64,000 bases of DNA. It comes from Bacillota bacterium. GTDB taxonomy: Bacteria; Bacillota; Sulfobacillia; UBA8153. This document shows, piece after piece, positions 40,460 to 50,661 of this stretch. Each line of letters starts with the position of its first letter. Position 1 is the first letter of the stretch. Where the stretch lies: positions 72,634 through 136,633 of the forward strand of contig JBFLYN010000002.1 in NCBI GenBank assembly GCA_040756655.1. The letters run 5' to 3'. The notes beneath the pieces are model-generated. The model saw only the letters and a list, made by a program, of their open reading frames with translations. It had not been told where the DNA came from and ran no database searches. A program made the translations under genes and the position numbers.

Positions 40460-41810
40460 GGCACATGATGTCCAGACGGCTACTGGCTGTGGGGCAAAGC
40501 CCTCTGAGCAGTCCTTCAAGGGAGACCTGGATTACCTGGTGTGAATTCTCAAGAGCGTCCACGTTTCCACTCTAGACGGCATCTCCCCCCCAGCAGCAGG
40601 CAGTGATAGACCAAGTCTATGCCCGCCTAGAGGAATCCTCGCCGTCCCGGGGCGAGTTCTACTTTCTGGCCAGCGAGATCTTGGCGCTGATGGGAGACGC
40701 GCACATCCACATCCGTATGGACCAGCACGACCGGGTCTTAGACCTCCCGGTGGTGTGGCTAGCGGGCGGACTGTTTGTCTGTGCACCACGACCCGAGTTA
40801 AAGCCGGGCGACTGTGTCATCACCATCGGAGACATGGATGTAGCACAGCTACTGGCGCAGCTTGCCCGGTGCGTGCCGGCGAAAAACCACTACTGGGTGA
40901 GAGTTCAGGGGGAAAACCTCCTCATCCGCCAGGCCTTCTTGGAACACCTGGGGGTGCTGGAGAGGGACGGGTGCGTCCAGGTGGTAGTAGAGAGAGACGG
41001 CAAAAGGCTCACCCTCTACCGCCCGTTCCTGGAGGCCATGCCCTGGATCCCCCGGGAGTGGCAACGTCACCACTGGGTTGGGTGGCGCATTGATGAAGAA
41101 CATTCCCTCGGCATCTTCCACCTGGACCGGTGCGAACCCAAGCCGAGTACGAACAGGCTTTGCGGCGGTTTTTCCAGGAAGTGGCCCGCGCGGGCATCAA
41201 GAACGTCGTGGTGGATCTACGGTACAACACGGGTGGTAACTCCCGGGTGGCCGACCTGTTCATGCAATACCTGCCCGTTGACTCGTACCTCAGTTTTGGC
41301 AGCACCATCCGGTACAGCCCGGAAGCGCGTACTCAGCGCAAGTACCTGCAGGCCAGAGGTCATGTCACCCACCCGCCGGGGCGCAGGTCCAACCAGGTGC
41401 TCAAGGACCTGGTCTTTGCGGGTAACCTCTATGTGCTCACATCACCGCAGACCTTCAGCAGCGGCAAGTGGTTTGCCGTGCTCCTAAAGGACAACGGCCT
41501 GGCTACCCTGGTCGGGGAGCCCACAGGCAACGCCCCATCGGCTTCTGGGGACATCCTGAGCTTTAACCTTCCCCACAGCGGCTGCGCCTTCATAGTCTCT
41601 CACAAGCAGTTTGTGCGCCCTTCAGGTGACACCACGGAAAGATGTGTCTCCCCGATGTAGAGGTAGTCACTACCATCGAAGACATCCTCAACGGTCGCGA
41701 CCCCCAACTGGACAAAGTGAAGGAGATCATCAGAAGCAACAGAGGACTCTGACCCGCCGGAGCAACGGAGGAGGCTCCGGGGCATCAGGGCCGGTGTGGA
41801 GCACAAGCCG
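40460..41810 (+). pseudogene. S41-family (tail-specific) peptidase pseudogene
   Basis: DLDYLV*, GDAH, PDZ-like LKPGD, then frameshift to VDLRYNTGGNS, TFSSG, LVGEPTG; several frame breaks. Confidence 0.8.
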
Positions 41811-41811
41811 T

Positions 41812-41841
41812 GCGGCAGCCGGCCAGTAAGCCGGCTGCCGC
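41812..41841. terminator. Perfect inverted repeat between convergent genes
   Basis: GCGGCAGCCGGC-cagtaa-GCCGGCTGCCGC. Confidence 0.6.
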
Positions 41842-41853
41842 GTAACCTGAGGT

Positions 41854-43359
41854 CTAGCGCAAGGGGATCTCCCAGTTACCATACACCAGGAGCTGGAGCC
41901 CGGTAGCGCGTAGCGCTGTGATGGTCATCCCCGGGGGGAGCTCGAATCGCTCGCCTGCTGTAACCCGGCCATCATGATGGGACCCGGTAGTGTGGTGTGA
42001 ACTGGCGGGCAAAAGGCCGCCGCGGGCATCCACCAGCTGCCAGTCCAAAAGACCCCATCCCGGCGAGCCCTCGGACCAGCTATAGCTCAGGTGCAGGTAA
42101 CCATCGCGGCACACAACTTCCTCGACGAGGAACTCTACCCCCTCCACGCTGCTGGTGAACGGTCCATTCCCCACTGCCAGTTCCAACTCTACCGGTACGT
42201 TAAGGGCCAGCACCGGCATGACCAGGGTAACCTGGCCGTCGGGTGGGCGAGGGAAGGCCAGCACCATATCCCAGCTGCCGTCCTGCCTCCCCCGACCCCG
42301 GGCGTGCTGGGGATTCAGCCGGCTCCCATCCGGGAGGAGCAGGTAGGGAACGTGGTGTTCGAGCTTGATGCCGCTGGGCGACAAGCCGCCGCTGATCATG
42401 TAGTTGACCATCAACTGGGCCGGGGTATCGGTGACCAGCACCTCATGGACCAGAACGCCCTCCATCTCGTGGCGGTATTCGATGCCATACTGCCGGCTCA
42501 TGGCACTGAGCTCAGCCCTCGAAAGTTCCAGCTTCACTTCCAACGTGGCGGCGGGACCGCGCAGCTCGCGGGTGACTTCGGCCTCTGCACTGGGAAGGGC
42601 TTCGGCGTGGACCATGCCTACCAGGCCCAACGGGGTGACCAGTGGCTGCCCCTTCCAGAATGGTACGCGTTCACCGTTCACACCGGTGATGACCAAAGGC
42701 GGGATCCAGCCTGCGAAGCCCTCCGCCGGCACCACTCCCGAGACAGCCCAGGGGTCGGGTGGGAGCCCGTCGATGAGGTACAGGATGGTGGTCTGCAGTG
42801 GGTCGGCCACTGCGCCCAGGATCTTGAGGCGCACCTTGCCGGCGCGCACGTCCGCCATGGGTTTTTGGATATACCCGTGTTCGTAAGCCCAGCTCAAACC
42901 AGCGTCGGTAAACACCAGTCGCTGCACGAACTCGCCCACCAGCGGCAACTCCGCCGAGGCCTTGACCAGGGCTGACCAGTTGGCCATGGCCACCACCATG
43001 AGCACCAGCCCGGCGGCTAGTGCCCGCATCCCGGGGAAGCGGCGGCGCGCCCGGGAGAGGGGGAGCCTGCACGGCTCACCGAACAGGTCCGCCACCCAAA
43101 GGCGTTCACGTTCGGCCTGCTCCGGGGTTAACCGGTGCCGGTGCTCGGCCAGCCAGCTGGCCACATCATGCTGGCGGCCCGTATGCGGCGCGTGGAGCAG
43201 TCCTTCCCGCAGGCGCTTCTCCAGGACCTCCAGCTCAACCCGGGCCCGGGCGCAACCAGCGCAAACCTGGAGATGCTCCTCCATGGTCCGGGTCGTTGGG
43301 CCATCGAGCTCTCTTCCCAGCAGGGCGGGGAGTTCGGACCTGACTACTTCGCATAGCAC
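41854..43359 (-). CDS. Zinc-finger (HxxxCxxC) transmembrane anti-sigma factor, DUF4179-like
   Basis: C..V......LL..EL...EEHLQVCAGC; single TM helix; DAGLSWAYEHGY motif; overlaps sigma gene. Confidence 0.82.
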   Translation of the reverse strand: MLCEVVRSELPALLGRELDGPTTRTMEEHLQVCAGCARARVELEVLEKRLREGLLHAPHTGRQHDVASWLAEHRHRLTPEQAERERLWVADLFGEPCRLPLSRARRRFPGMRALAAGLVLMVVAMANWSALVKASAELPLVGEFVQRLVFTDAGLSWAYEHGYIQKPMADVRAGKVRLKILGAVADPLQTTILYLIDGLPPDPWAVSGVVPAEGFAGWIPPLVITGVNGERVPFWKGQPLVTPLGLVGMVHAEALPSAEAEVTRELRGPAATLEVKLELSRAELSAMSRQYGIEYRHEMEGVLVHEVLVTDTPAQLMVNYMISGGLSPSGIKLEHHVPYLLLPDGSRLNPQHARGRGRQDGSWDMVLAFPRPPDGQVTLVMPVLALNVPVELELAVGNGPFTSSVEGVEFLVEEVVCRDGYLHLSYSWSEGSPGWGLLDWQLVDARGGLLPASSHHTTGSHHDGRVTAGERFELPPGMTITALRATGLQLLVYGNWEIPLR

Positions 43360-43829
43360 TTTGCAGGCACCTCCTCGAGCATGGTTCGCAACTGTTTCAG
43401 CGCCCGGTTCAGCCGGGATTTGACTGTGCCCACGGGTATGCCCAGCACGTAGGCGATGTCCCGTTGTGGCAGGTCTGCCAGGTACGGGAGCACAACCACC
43501 TGTGCGACCTCAGGACTGAGCTGGTCCACCAGCATCCAGATGAGACCGCTCTCAGCCGTGGCTTCCTGCTTTCTCTGGCAGGCGGCGTCCAGGGGGATCA
43601 CCTGGCGGCGCCGCCGCAACGTCTCACCGCACTTGTGGATCAGGATCGTCCTAAACCATGGCGCGAACCTCTCCGGTGAACGCAGCTGGCCGCGGGCCAC
43701 GTAGGCAGCCAAAGCCGCTTCTTGCAGGGCATCCTGCCCATCTGCATCGTTGCCCGTGATGGCCCGGGCCAGCGCGGTCATGGTCCTCTGCACCCTGGCC
43801 AGATGAGCAATGAATTCCTGATCGGTCAT
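43344..43829 (-). CDS. ECF RNA polymerase sigma factor
   Basis: DALQEA, FAPWFRTIL, DIAYVLGIPVGTVKSRLNRA. Confidence 0.9.
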   Translation of the reverse strand: MTDQEFIAHLARVQRTMTALARAITGNDADGQDALQEAALAAYVARGQLRSPERFAPWFRTILIHKCGETLRRRRQVIPLDAACQRKQEATAESGLIWMLVDQLSPEVAQVVVLPYLADLPQRDIAYVLGIPVGTVKSRLNRALKQLRTMLEEVPAKCYAK

Positions 43830-44128
43830 GGTTCCTCCAATCGCTCTGTTCACCATACAAGAGGGCCCGGGAGGGACATTTCGTTCGCCAGGGCGCAAAC
43901 TTCCTCTTTGCCGGGGCTTGGGCCAGTGGCCGACCAGTGCACCTGTCGCGGCCGGGCACGGGCCCAGCTACGACTCCCATGGGAATACGAGGACATACAT
44001 GAACTACCGCGGCTGGCGGGATCCCGGCAGTTCGGGTCAAAGGAGAATGGCGCCGTGCCGGCCAATTGATATGCGGAGAGGACCGTGCCGACCCGCGGGA
44101 TCATCAGCACCATAGGAGGCGGGCTCTT

Positions 44129-44851
44129 CTGGACATAGTAGTTACTGTAGAAGGTCTGGGCAAGTCCTTTGGGAAGGTCCGGGTGCTCAGCGAGCTGTCG
44201 CTGCAGATATCCCGCTCCGAGTTGTTTGGCCTGGTGGGTCCTTCGGGAGCAGGCAAGACCACCCTGGCAAGGATCATGGCCGGGATGACCGGGGCTACCA
44301 CTGGGAGAGTGCTCGTGCTGGGGCAGGAAATGCCCTCGTTAGAGGCGATCAACCGCATAGGCTTCATGTCTCAGGCCGACGCCCTCTACGGAGACTTGAC
44401 AGCATGGGATAACCTCCAGTTCTTTGCGTCCCTGTACGGGCTTTCAGGCCGGGCCAAGACCCAGAGGATCACGGAGCTGCTGGACCTGGTTACCCTCTCT
44501 TCCGATGCGAAAAAGCGAGTAGCCGCCTTTTCCGGGGGGATGAAGAGGCGACTGTCACTGGCCGTTGCGTTGCTTCACCGGCCTGAAGTCCTGATCCTTG
44601 ACGAACCCACCATCGGGCTAGATCCACTCTTGCGAAAGTCAGTGTGGGATGAGCTAAGGTCACTTCAAGGAACAGGCACGACCGTGGTTCTAACCACCCA
44701 TTCCATGGACGAGGCAGATAAGTGCCAGCGCCTAGGCATGATCCGCCATGGTCGCCTGCTGGCGGTTGGTTCGCCTGCAGAACTCAAGGCCCAAGCCGGC
44801 ACTGCCACTCTGGAGGAAGCCTTTGTGGTGCTGGGAGGTAAATCCTCATGA
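44129..44851 (+). CDS. ABC-2 type exporter ATP-binding protein
   Basis: GPSGAGKT, FSGGMKRR, LDEPT; probable CTG start 9 nt after AGGAGG. Confidence 0.9.
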   Translation: MDIVVTVEGLGKSFGKVRVLSELSLQISRSELFGLVGPSGAGKTTLARIMAGMTGATTGRVLVLGQEMPSLEAINRIGFMSQADALYGDLTAWDNLQFFASLYGLSGRAKTQRITELLDLVTLSSDAKKRVAAFSGGMKRRLSLAVALLHRPEVLILDEPTIGLDPLLRKSVWDELRSLQGTGTTVVLTTHSMDEADKCQRLGMIRHGRLLAVGSPAELKAQAGTATLEEAFVVLGGKSS

Positions 44852-45870
44852 GAATCTGGGCCGTGGCCACCCGCATCATCAAGCAGTTTTGGTATGATAA
44901 GCGAACCTTGGGGCTCATAATACTGGCGCCCATGCTGGTGCTGCTCCTTTGTAGCCGCATCCTCCTGGAGGAACCCTACTCTCCCAGGATCGCCATTGTT
45001 GCTTTGCCGCCCCAGGTCAGTGAGCTCCTGGCCGGGCGCGGAGTCATACTGGAAGTCTATGTACACAAAGATGCAGCCATCCAGGCCGTCCACCGCGAGC
45101 AGGTCGATGCTTTTTTGGAGATTGACGGGACCCAACCCGTCCTGGTGCTGGAGGGAAGCAACCCAACTGCCAGCCGGGCCGTTCTCCAGCACATCCACAC
45201 GGCCTTCCGGGCGGGAACCGATACCCCGGTCAGCGCCCAGGTCAGCTATTTGTACGGCGGGGAGAACATGGTGCTGTTCGACCAGGTAGGGCCGGTTCTC
45301 ATTGGTTTTTTGGTGTTCTTTTTCGTGTTTATCACCTCGGGCGTTTCCTTTCTCCGGGAACGTACCAACGGTACCCTTGAGCGCTTGCTGGCAACGCCCA
45401 TCAAGCGCTGGGAGCTGGTGTTAGGCTATGGATTGGGTTTTGGAGTATTCACTTCACTGCAGGCCGTTACCATCTCCTGGTTTGCCGTCAAGGTCCTCAA
45501 CATCCTGTTTGTGGGGCGGATGACCAGTTTGATTCTTGTAACAATGCTGTTGGCCATATCCGCCCTCACCTTGGGTATTCTCCTGTCGGCTTTTGCACAG
45601 AACGAATTCCAAATTGTCCAGTTCATCCCCGTGGTGATCATCCCCCAATTCCTATTCTCTGGGCTGTTCAGGCTCGAGGACCTGCCGGGTGGGCTACGCC
45701 TTTTGGGTAGCATCATGCCCATCAAGTACGGCGCCAACGCCCTGAGGCAGATCATGCTGCGGGGTAAATCCTGGCCGGAGATCGCCTACGATGCATCAGC
45801 CCTTATAGCCTTCTCTCTCCTATTCGGCATACTGAACGTGCTGGCTTTGAAAAAGCATCGCCCGGTTTGA
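44848..45870 (+). CDS. ABC-2 type exporter permease
   Basis: DKRTLGL, ERTNGTLERLLATP, PQFLFSG. Confidence 0.9.
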   Translation: MRIWAVATRIIKQFWYDKRTLGLIILAPMLVLLLCSRILLEEPYSPRIAIVALPPQVSELLAGRGVILEVYVHKDAAIQAVHREQVDAFLEIDGTQPVLVLEGSNPTASRAVLQHIHTAFRAGTDTPVSAQVSYLYGGENMVLFDQVGPVLIGFLVFFFVFITSGVSFLRERTNGTLERLLATPIKRWELVLGYGLGFGVFTSLQAVTISWFAVKVLNILFVGRMTSLILVTMLLAISALTLGILLSAFAQNEFQIVQFIPVVIIPQFLFSGLFRLEDLPGGLRLLGSIMPIKYGANALRQIMLRGKSWPEIAYDASALIAFSLLFGILNVLALKKHRPV

Positions 45871-45936
45871 TATTCGACCGCCCACCTGCAGGCCACGCTG
45901 CCGTGAGAGAGTCCTCGCCACGTGCGATCTTGGCCG

Positions 45937-46725
45937 CTAGGCGAGATGGTCGTGTGCAGAAAGCGGGACCACGTGGGGACACGGGTATAAGGGGTGAGGC
46001 TGCACCAGGACCTGGATGCCGTAGACTTCCTGCAGAAGGCCGGGGCCCAGCACTTCGGCGGGAGTGCCACTGGCCCGCACCCGCCCGTCTTTGAGCATGA
46101 CCAGGTGGTGACAGAAGCGGGCCGCCAGGTTTAGGTCGTGCATAACCATGACCACGGTGAGGCCGGTGCTCGCGTTGAGACGAGCGATGAGGTCCATGAT
46201 TTCCACTTGGTAGCCAATGTCCAGGTAGGCTGTGGGTTCATCGAGCATGAGCAGCCTCGGTTCCTGGGCCAGGGCCCGGGCCAGTTGCACCCGCTGCCGT
46301 TCTCCCCCGCTCAAGGTGGTCACCAGGCGCCCGGCCAGCCGGTCCGTGCTGGTGACCTCCATGGCACGCCGGGCAGCCTCGAAGTCTGTTGCCTGCTCGC
46401 CCCGCATACCCTCTAGATGCGGGTACCTGCCCATCAGTACCAGTTCCTCAACGGTGAGTTCCACGTCCACCTGCCCGTTTTGGGATACTACGGCCATGGT
46501 ACGGGCCACCTCCCGGTGGGAGAGGGAATAGATGTCACGGCCGTCCACCAGTACCCGGCCGACCCGGGGACGGAGGACCCGGCTGGCGGCTCGCAGCACC
46601 GTGGTCTTGCCCGAGCCGTTGGGACCCGCGATACCCAGGATCGCCCCGGCAGGCACGTGGAACGAGACTTCGCGCACGGCCACGAAGTTACGGTAAGAGC
46701 AGGTGATCCTATCGACCGTTAGCAT
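45937..46725 (-). CDS. Cobalamin ABC importer ATPase (BtuD/FecE-like)
   Basis: GPNGSGKT, LSGGERQR, DEPT, HDLNLA; downstream of B12 riboswitch. Confidence 0.9.
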   Translation of the reverse strand: MLTVDRITCSYRNFVAVREVSFHVPAGAILGIAGPNGSGKTTVLRAASRVLRPRVGRVLVDGRDIYSLSHREVARTMAVVSQNGQVDVELTVEELVLMGRYPHLEGMRGEQATDFEAARRAMEVTSTDRLAGRLVTTLSGGERQRVQLARALAQEPRLLMLDEPTAYLDIGYQVEIMDLIARLNASTGLTVVMVMHDLNLAARFCHHLVMLKDGRVRASGTPAEVLGPGLLQEVYGIQVLVQPHPLYPCPHVVPLSAHDHLA

Positions 46726-46728
46726 GGT

Positions 46729-47772
46729 TCACCTCCTCGGCTTCTTTCGCCGCACCAGCAAAAACAGAAAGAACGGTCCTCCTACCAGCGCGGTCACTAC
46801 CCCCACCGGCAGTTCGGCCGGGACCATCACCGTGCGCGCGAGCAAGTCAGCCAACACCAATCCGCTGGCACCCGTCAGGGCCGCCCCGGGCAAGAGCCAG
46901 CGCTGGTCGGGGCCGAGTGTCAGCCGGACCATGTGGGGTATGACCAGCCCCACAAAGCCGATAAGCCCGGCCACGGATACCGCAGTGGCGGTGAGCAGGG
47001 CCGCTGCTGCCAGGAGTTCTCTCTTCACCCGCTCTACGTCAAGCCCGAGGTGGGTGGCAGCTTCCTCCCCGAGCAGCATCACGTTAAGCTCCCGGCTGCG
47101 CCTGAGCAGGACCAGGGCGCCCAAGATCATGTACGGCAACGACAAGCCCACACTGGACCAGCGGGCGGAGGTAAATCCCCCCATCAACCAGAAGATGACC
47201 TGTTCCATGCGCTGGCGGGACAGCACGATAAGGAGAGACACCAGGGCGGACAAGATGGTGCTCATGGCCACGCCGGCCAGGAGCAGGGTAACCACGGGAA
47301 GCTTGCCGTCGATGCGGGCTAGGGTGTAGACCAGCGCCAGCGCGACCACGGCCCCGCCGAAGGCGAAAGCCGGGATGGCATACTGGCCCAGGCCCCGGCC
47401 CCACCCCAGCACTATGGCCAGCACTGCGCCTAGCGCACCTCCTGAGGAGACCCCGATGACGAAGGGGTCGGCCATGGGGTTGCGGAAGACGCCCTGGTAG
47501 GTTGCCCCGGCCAGGGCCAGTGCCGCGCCCACCATGCCAGCCAACAACACCCGGGGCAGGCGGATGACCCAGACTATGGTCTCATGACTGGCAGTCCACG
47601 AGGAGGTGGGAGCGAAGGCAGGTACCAACCTGCCGGTGATGATGCCGATCACGTGGCCAGCAGGCACCGGCACCGCACCCATGCCCACGGCCACCACCAT
47701 CACCAGGACGGTAGCGGCCGCCATGAGCCAGACGGCGTGACGCCGGGCTTCCCACCTTCGCTCCAGGTCCAT
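46729..47772 (-). CDS. Cobalamin ABC importer permease (BtuC/FecCD)
   Basis: IRLPRV, RNPMADP, GEEAATHLG, IGFVGLVIPH. Confidence 0.92.
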   Translation of the reverse strand: MDLERRWEARRHAVWLMAAATVLVMVVAVGMGAVPVPAGHVIGIITGRLVPAFAPTSSWTASHETIVWVIRLPRVLLAGMVGAALALAGATYQGVFRNPMADPFVIGVSSGGALGAVLAIVLGWGRGLGQYAIPAFAFGGAVVALALVYTLARIDGKLPVVTLLLAGVAMSTILSALVSLLIVLSRQRMEQVIFWLMGGFTSARWSSVGLSLPYMILGALVLLRRSRELNVMLLGEEAATHLGLDVERVKRELLAAAALLTATAVSVAGLIGFVGLVIPHMVRLTLGPDQRWLLPGAALTGASGLVLADLLARTVMVPAELPVGVVTALVGGPFFLFLLVRRKKPRR

Positions 47773-47782
47773 CCTGTCTCTC

Positions 47783-48718
47783 CTATCTGAACAACTGCGG
47801 GTGTAGGCCCCTGGCCACCAGTTCAAGCCCGTCCACGATGCGCGGGCCGGGACGTGAGACCACGTCCGGGTCAGGGAACAATACCCGCTGGTTCTTCACG
47901 GCGGATAGCTGATCCCAGCCGGGTTTGGCCTGCAGCTTGGGGTATTCATCCTTGGGAACGGCGACGATGATCACGTCCGGGTCCTTGGCCAGCAGCGCTT
48001 CCATGCTGTACTGGAGGTAGGCGAACCCTTCGGAGGCCGCGACGTTCACGCCTCCCGCCACCGTGGTCAGGTGGTCCATGAAGGTCCCGGGGCCTACCGT
48101 CCAGAGATCGATATCGATGACCCAAAAGACCGACGGTCTGTCCTTTGCGTCCCGGGTCTTCTCCTTGATCGCATGGTACCTTCCCCTCAGGGTGTCCACC
48201 AGTTGCTCTGCAGCTTGGGTCGCGCCGGCAACCTTGCCCACCAGTACTATATCCTCGAAGACTTCCTCGATGGTAGCACTCTGGGTTACCACGGTGGTCA
48301 GGCCGAGTCTCCGGGACTCTACTACGATCTTGCTTTCTGCCGTCCCAACCGCCAGCACCAAGTCGGGTTTGAGCCCGGCGATGAGCTCGTAGTTTGGGCT
48401 CCACTCGTCTCCTACACTGGGGATGGCTGCTGCCTCAGGGGGGTGGTTACAAAAGCTCGTCCTCCCCACCACCTTGCTCCCCAGGTTGAGAGCAAACAGG
48501 ATCTCGGTCAGGTTGGGGGCCATGGAGATGATGCGCCCCGGCTGCGCCGCGATGGTCACCTGTTGCCCGCTCCGGTCGGTCACCGCAAGCGGCCACGGGC
48601 TGGGCGGGGGTGCCGGGGCGGGGGTGGGAGTGGCACTGGTCTGGGAGAACCAGTTACACCCCGAAAGCGACGCCACCAACATTACCACAAGGACAAGGCC
48701 GACAAACGTTTTGCGCAT
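47783..48718 (-). CDS. Cobalamin-binding lipoprotein (BtuF-like)
   Basis: Lipobox LSGC, RIISMAPNLTEILFAL, SRPGPRIVDGLE. Confidence 0.9.
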   Translation of the reverse strand: MRKTFVGLVLVVMLVASLSGCNWFSQTSATPTPAPAPPPSPWPLAVTDRSGQQVTIAAQPGRIISMAPNLTEILFALNLGSKVVGRTSFCNHPPEAAAIPSVGDEWSPNYELIAGLKPDLVLAVGTAESKIVVESRRLGLTTVVTQSATIEEVFEDIVLVGKVAGATQAAEQLVDTLRGRYHAIKEKTRDAKDRPSVFWVIDIDLWTVGPGTFMDHLTTVAGGVNVAASEGFAYLQYSMEALLAKDPDVIIVAVPKDEYPKLQAKPGWDQLSAVKNQRVLFPDPDVVSRPGPRIVDGLELVARGLHPQLFR

Positions 48719-48737
48719 ACGTACATCCTTCCTCACG

Positions 48738-48771
48738 AAAAGAGTGACCCCGGCCCTTGGGGTCCGGGGTT
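48738..48771 (-). terminator. Riboswitch expression-platform terminator candidate
   Basis: ACCCCGGACCC-caa-GGGCCGGGGT followed by CACTCTTTT just upstream of the btuF SD. Confidence 0.55.
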
Positions 48772-48867
48772 TGTGTTCGGTTGTGCCGGGTGCCTCGCCC
48801 GGTCAGTCCATGCACCCCCCTTTCCTTCGAAGGCAAATGTGCACCGGCGCGGCCAACGCCGCGCGTT

Positions 48868-49030
48868 CTTTCAGGCAGGTCTCCTGGCTTCGGATCATGG
48901 CCTGCGGGGGCCTTCCCGTCAGCTGACAGTGGCTCTGTCCCCTGGGCTTCCCGTTCACAGTGGCGGGACCGCGCCGGAATTCCACCGGACTTCCCTATTC
49001 TCCCTTGAGGGCACCTGAAAGACTATGGAG
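48868..49030 (-). ncRNA. Cobalamin (AdoCbl) riboswitch
   Basis: Minus strand AGGTGCCC...AATAGGGAAGTCCGGTGGAATTCCGGCGCGGTCCCGCCACTGTGA...GCCACTG...GGGAAGGC...AGCCAGGAGACCTGCCTG (B12 box). Confidence 0.95.
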
Positions 49031-49287
49031 TTATCATGTCCATTTTACTCCACCCGGGCGGTGGTGGCAAGACCAACCCGGGCGGCAGCAAGACCATTGG
49101 GTCAGAAAAACCCGGGCGTACCCGGCCTTGGGGTGTTGGGCTCGCTGTTGCACCCGCTCACGTTCAGGCCATCGGGCTCTCCTTACCTCCTCTTAACCCC
49201 AAGGGTAGGTGGAAACGCCGGGGAAAACACCACTCTATGATGGCTGACACCGACGTCTTCTGCCCCCATACTGGTACAGGCGTTTGG

Positions 49288-50661
49288 TTAGCACACCACT
49301 TCCACGTTGTTCTCGGCCACCGTCACCACGGTGCCATCTAAGAGCTCCACGTCCACGGTGTAGAGGCTGATCTCTGTTTCTAAACGCACGCGACTGCCCA
49401 ACACCGACACCACCCGGCCGTACTGGCCAAAGTGAGTAAGACGGGTGATCCTCACCATAGCCCCGGGCACCAGTTCTCCGCCAGCGCGCGCTACCTGGAC
49501 ATCCGCGTCAGGTAGGTCCGGGGAGATCCCTTCCCCCAGGGGGATGATGACCTCCGGCCGGACGGCTCCCGCCCGGATCTGGGTGCGGCCGTTAACCGAC
49601 GCGATGGCACCCTCGTAGGCGCATAAGAGGTTATAGGCACGCTGGGACATGGGCATGACTCCGAATCCCCCGGTGATTACCACGGTGAGGGGGAGCTCTT
49701 CTTGGCCGGTGAGCCCTACCATGACCTCCCGGCCCAAAAGCTTTACCACGTCCAGGTGGTTGATCCCGCCCGAGATGAGCCCGGTGGCCTTGACCTCCAG
49801 GGCGCGGTTCATAGCCTCCAAGGACGCCAGGGCCCCACCGAATACCACGCATCCCTCGTGAGACGGCAGGATATCCGCGGCTTCCAGGACCCGGTCGGGG
49901 CCGGCAACTCGCGCCAAGGGCCCATAAGCCTCGCCACCCAGGCCGAATAAGCCTTCGATATAGGCCGCGGCAGTAGAGACCTCGGCGCTGTCGCCCGGGT
50001 TGACTGCGGTTACCTCGCCCCTGATGTACGCATCTACCTCGGTGGGACGGGCGGGTCGCACAATGGTGATGGCGCCGGTGCGGGTGCAGATCTTCTCCAC
50101 CACTCCACTGACGGGAGCATACGCGCAGTCCCACCCCAGGGGCGACGGTGCCGCGGCCAGGATCTGGCCTTGCTTTACCTCGTCTCCCTCACGGCAGTGA
50201 GCGTAGGTCCTCAACATGCGCGGCCAAACGTCCAGCTGCTTGGCCGCCGAGACCACGACCACCGGCCGGGCAGAGCGCCCGTCCTCCCGGATGAGTACGC
50301 GACCGTGTAGCCGGGAGATGAACTCCACGACTCCCGTGACCGGCGACTTAACCACGACGACTTCACCCAGGAAACCCTTGGTGTAACGGGCAATGATGTC
50401 ACCACCAGTGACCTGGTCGCCCACCTGCACGGTCATGACCAGGTCCATGAGATCGGGCCCGGCCTTTTCCCTGGGCACCATGAGCGCCCGCATCACGTCC
50501 ACAAAGTAAGGGGCGCCGGGCAGCAGGTCGGTGCGGGCCACTATGGTCGAAGGTTCTACTGTCGAACCGGCACTGACCAGCACGTCACCGGGCAATGGCA
50601 ACCGGCGCTGTCTGCTGACCCGGGCCTTCTCCATGGTCCTTACCATGAGGTTCTCGGTCAA
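49288..50661 (-). CDS. Uncharacterised GlmL-partner protein, copy 2 (two barrel-sandwich-hybrid-like repeats + conserved core + KOW-like C-terminus)
   Basis: RQRRLPLPGDVLV, VGDQVTGGDIIA..SPVTGVVE, EGDEVKQGQILA..APVSGVVE, GLFGLGGE, TGGFG..PMSQR, GRTQIRAGAVRPE; abuts glmL-like stop. Confidence 0.85.
   Translation of the reverse strand: MTENLMVRTMEKARVSRQRRLPLPGDVLVSAGSTVEPSTIVARTDLLPGAPYFVDVMRALMVPREKAGPDLMDLVMTVQVGDQVTGGDIIARYTKGFLGEVVVVKSPVTGVVEFISRLHGRVLIREDGRSARPVVVVSAAKQLDVWPRMLRTYAHCREGDEVKQGQILAAAPSPLGWDCAYAPVSGVVEKICTRTGAITIVRPARPTEVDAYIRGEVTAVNPGDSAEVSTAAAYIEGLFGLGGEAYGPLARVAGPDRVLEAADILPSHEGCVVFGGALASLEAMNRALEVKATGLISGGINHLDVVKLLGREVMVGLTGQEELPLTVVITGGFGVMPMSQRAYNLLCAYEGAIASVNGRTQIRAGAVRPEVIIPLGEGISPDLPDADVQVARAGGELVPGAMVRITRLTHFGQYGRVVSVLGSRVRLETEISLYTVDVELLDGTVVTVAENNVEVVC

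Noticed and set aside
49051-49096. Imperfect tandem repeat ACCCGGGCGG...GCAAGACCA upstream of the B12 riboswitch
   Set aside because: Only two copies in GC-rich DNA; no function can be supported
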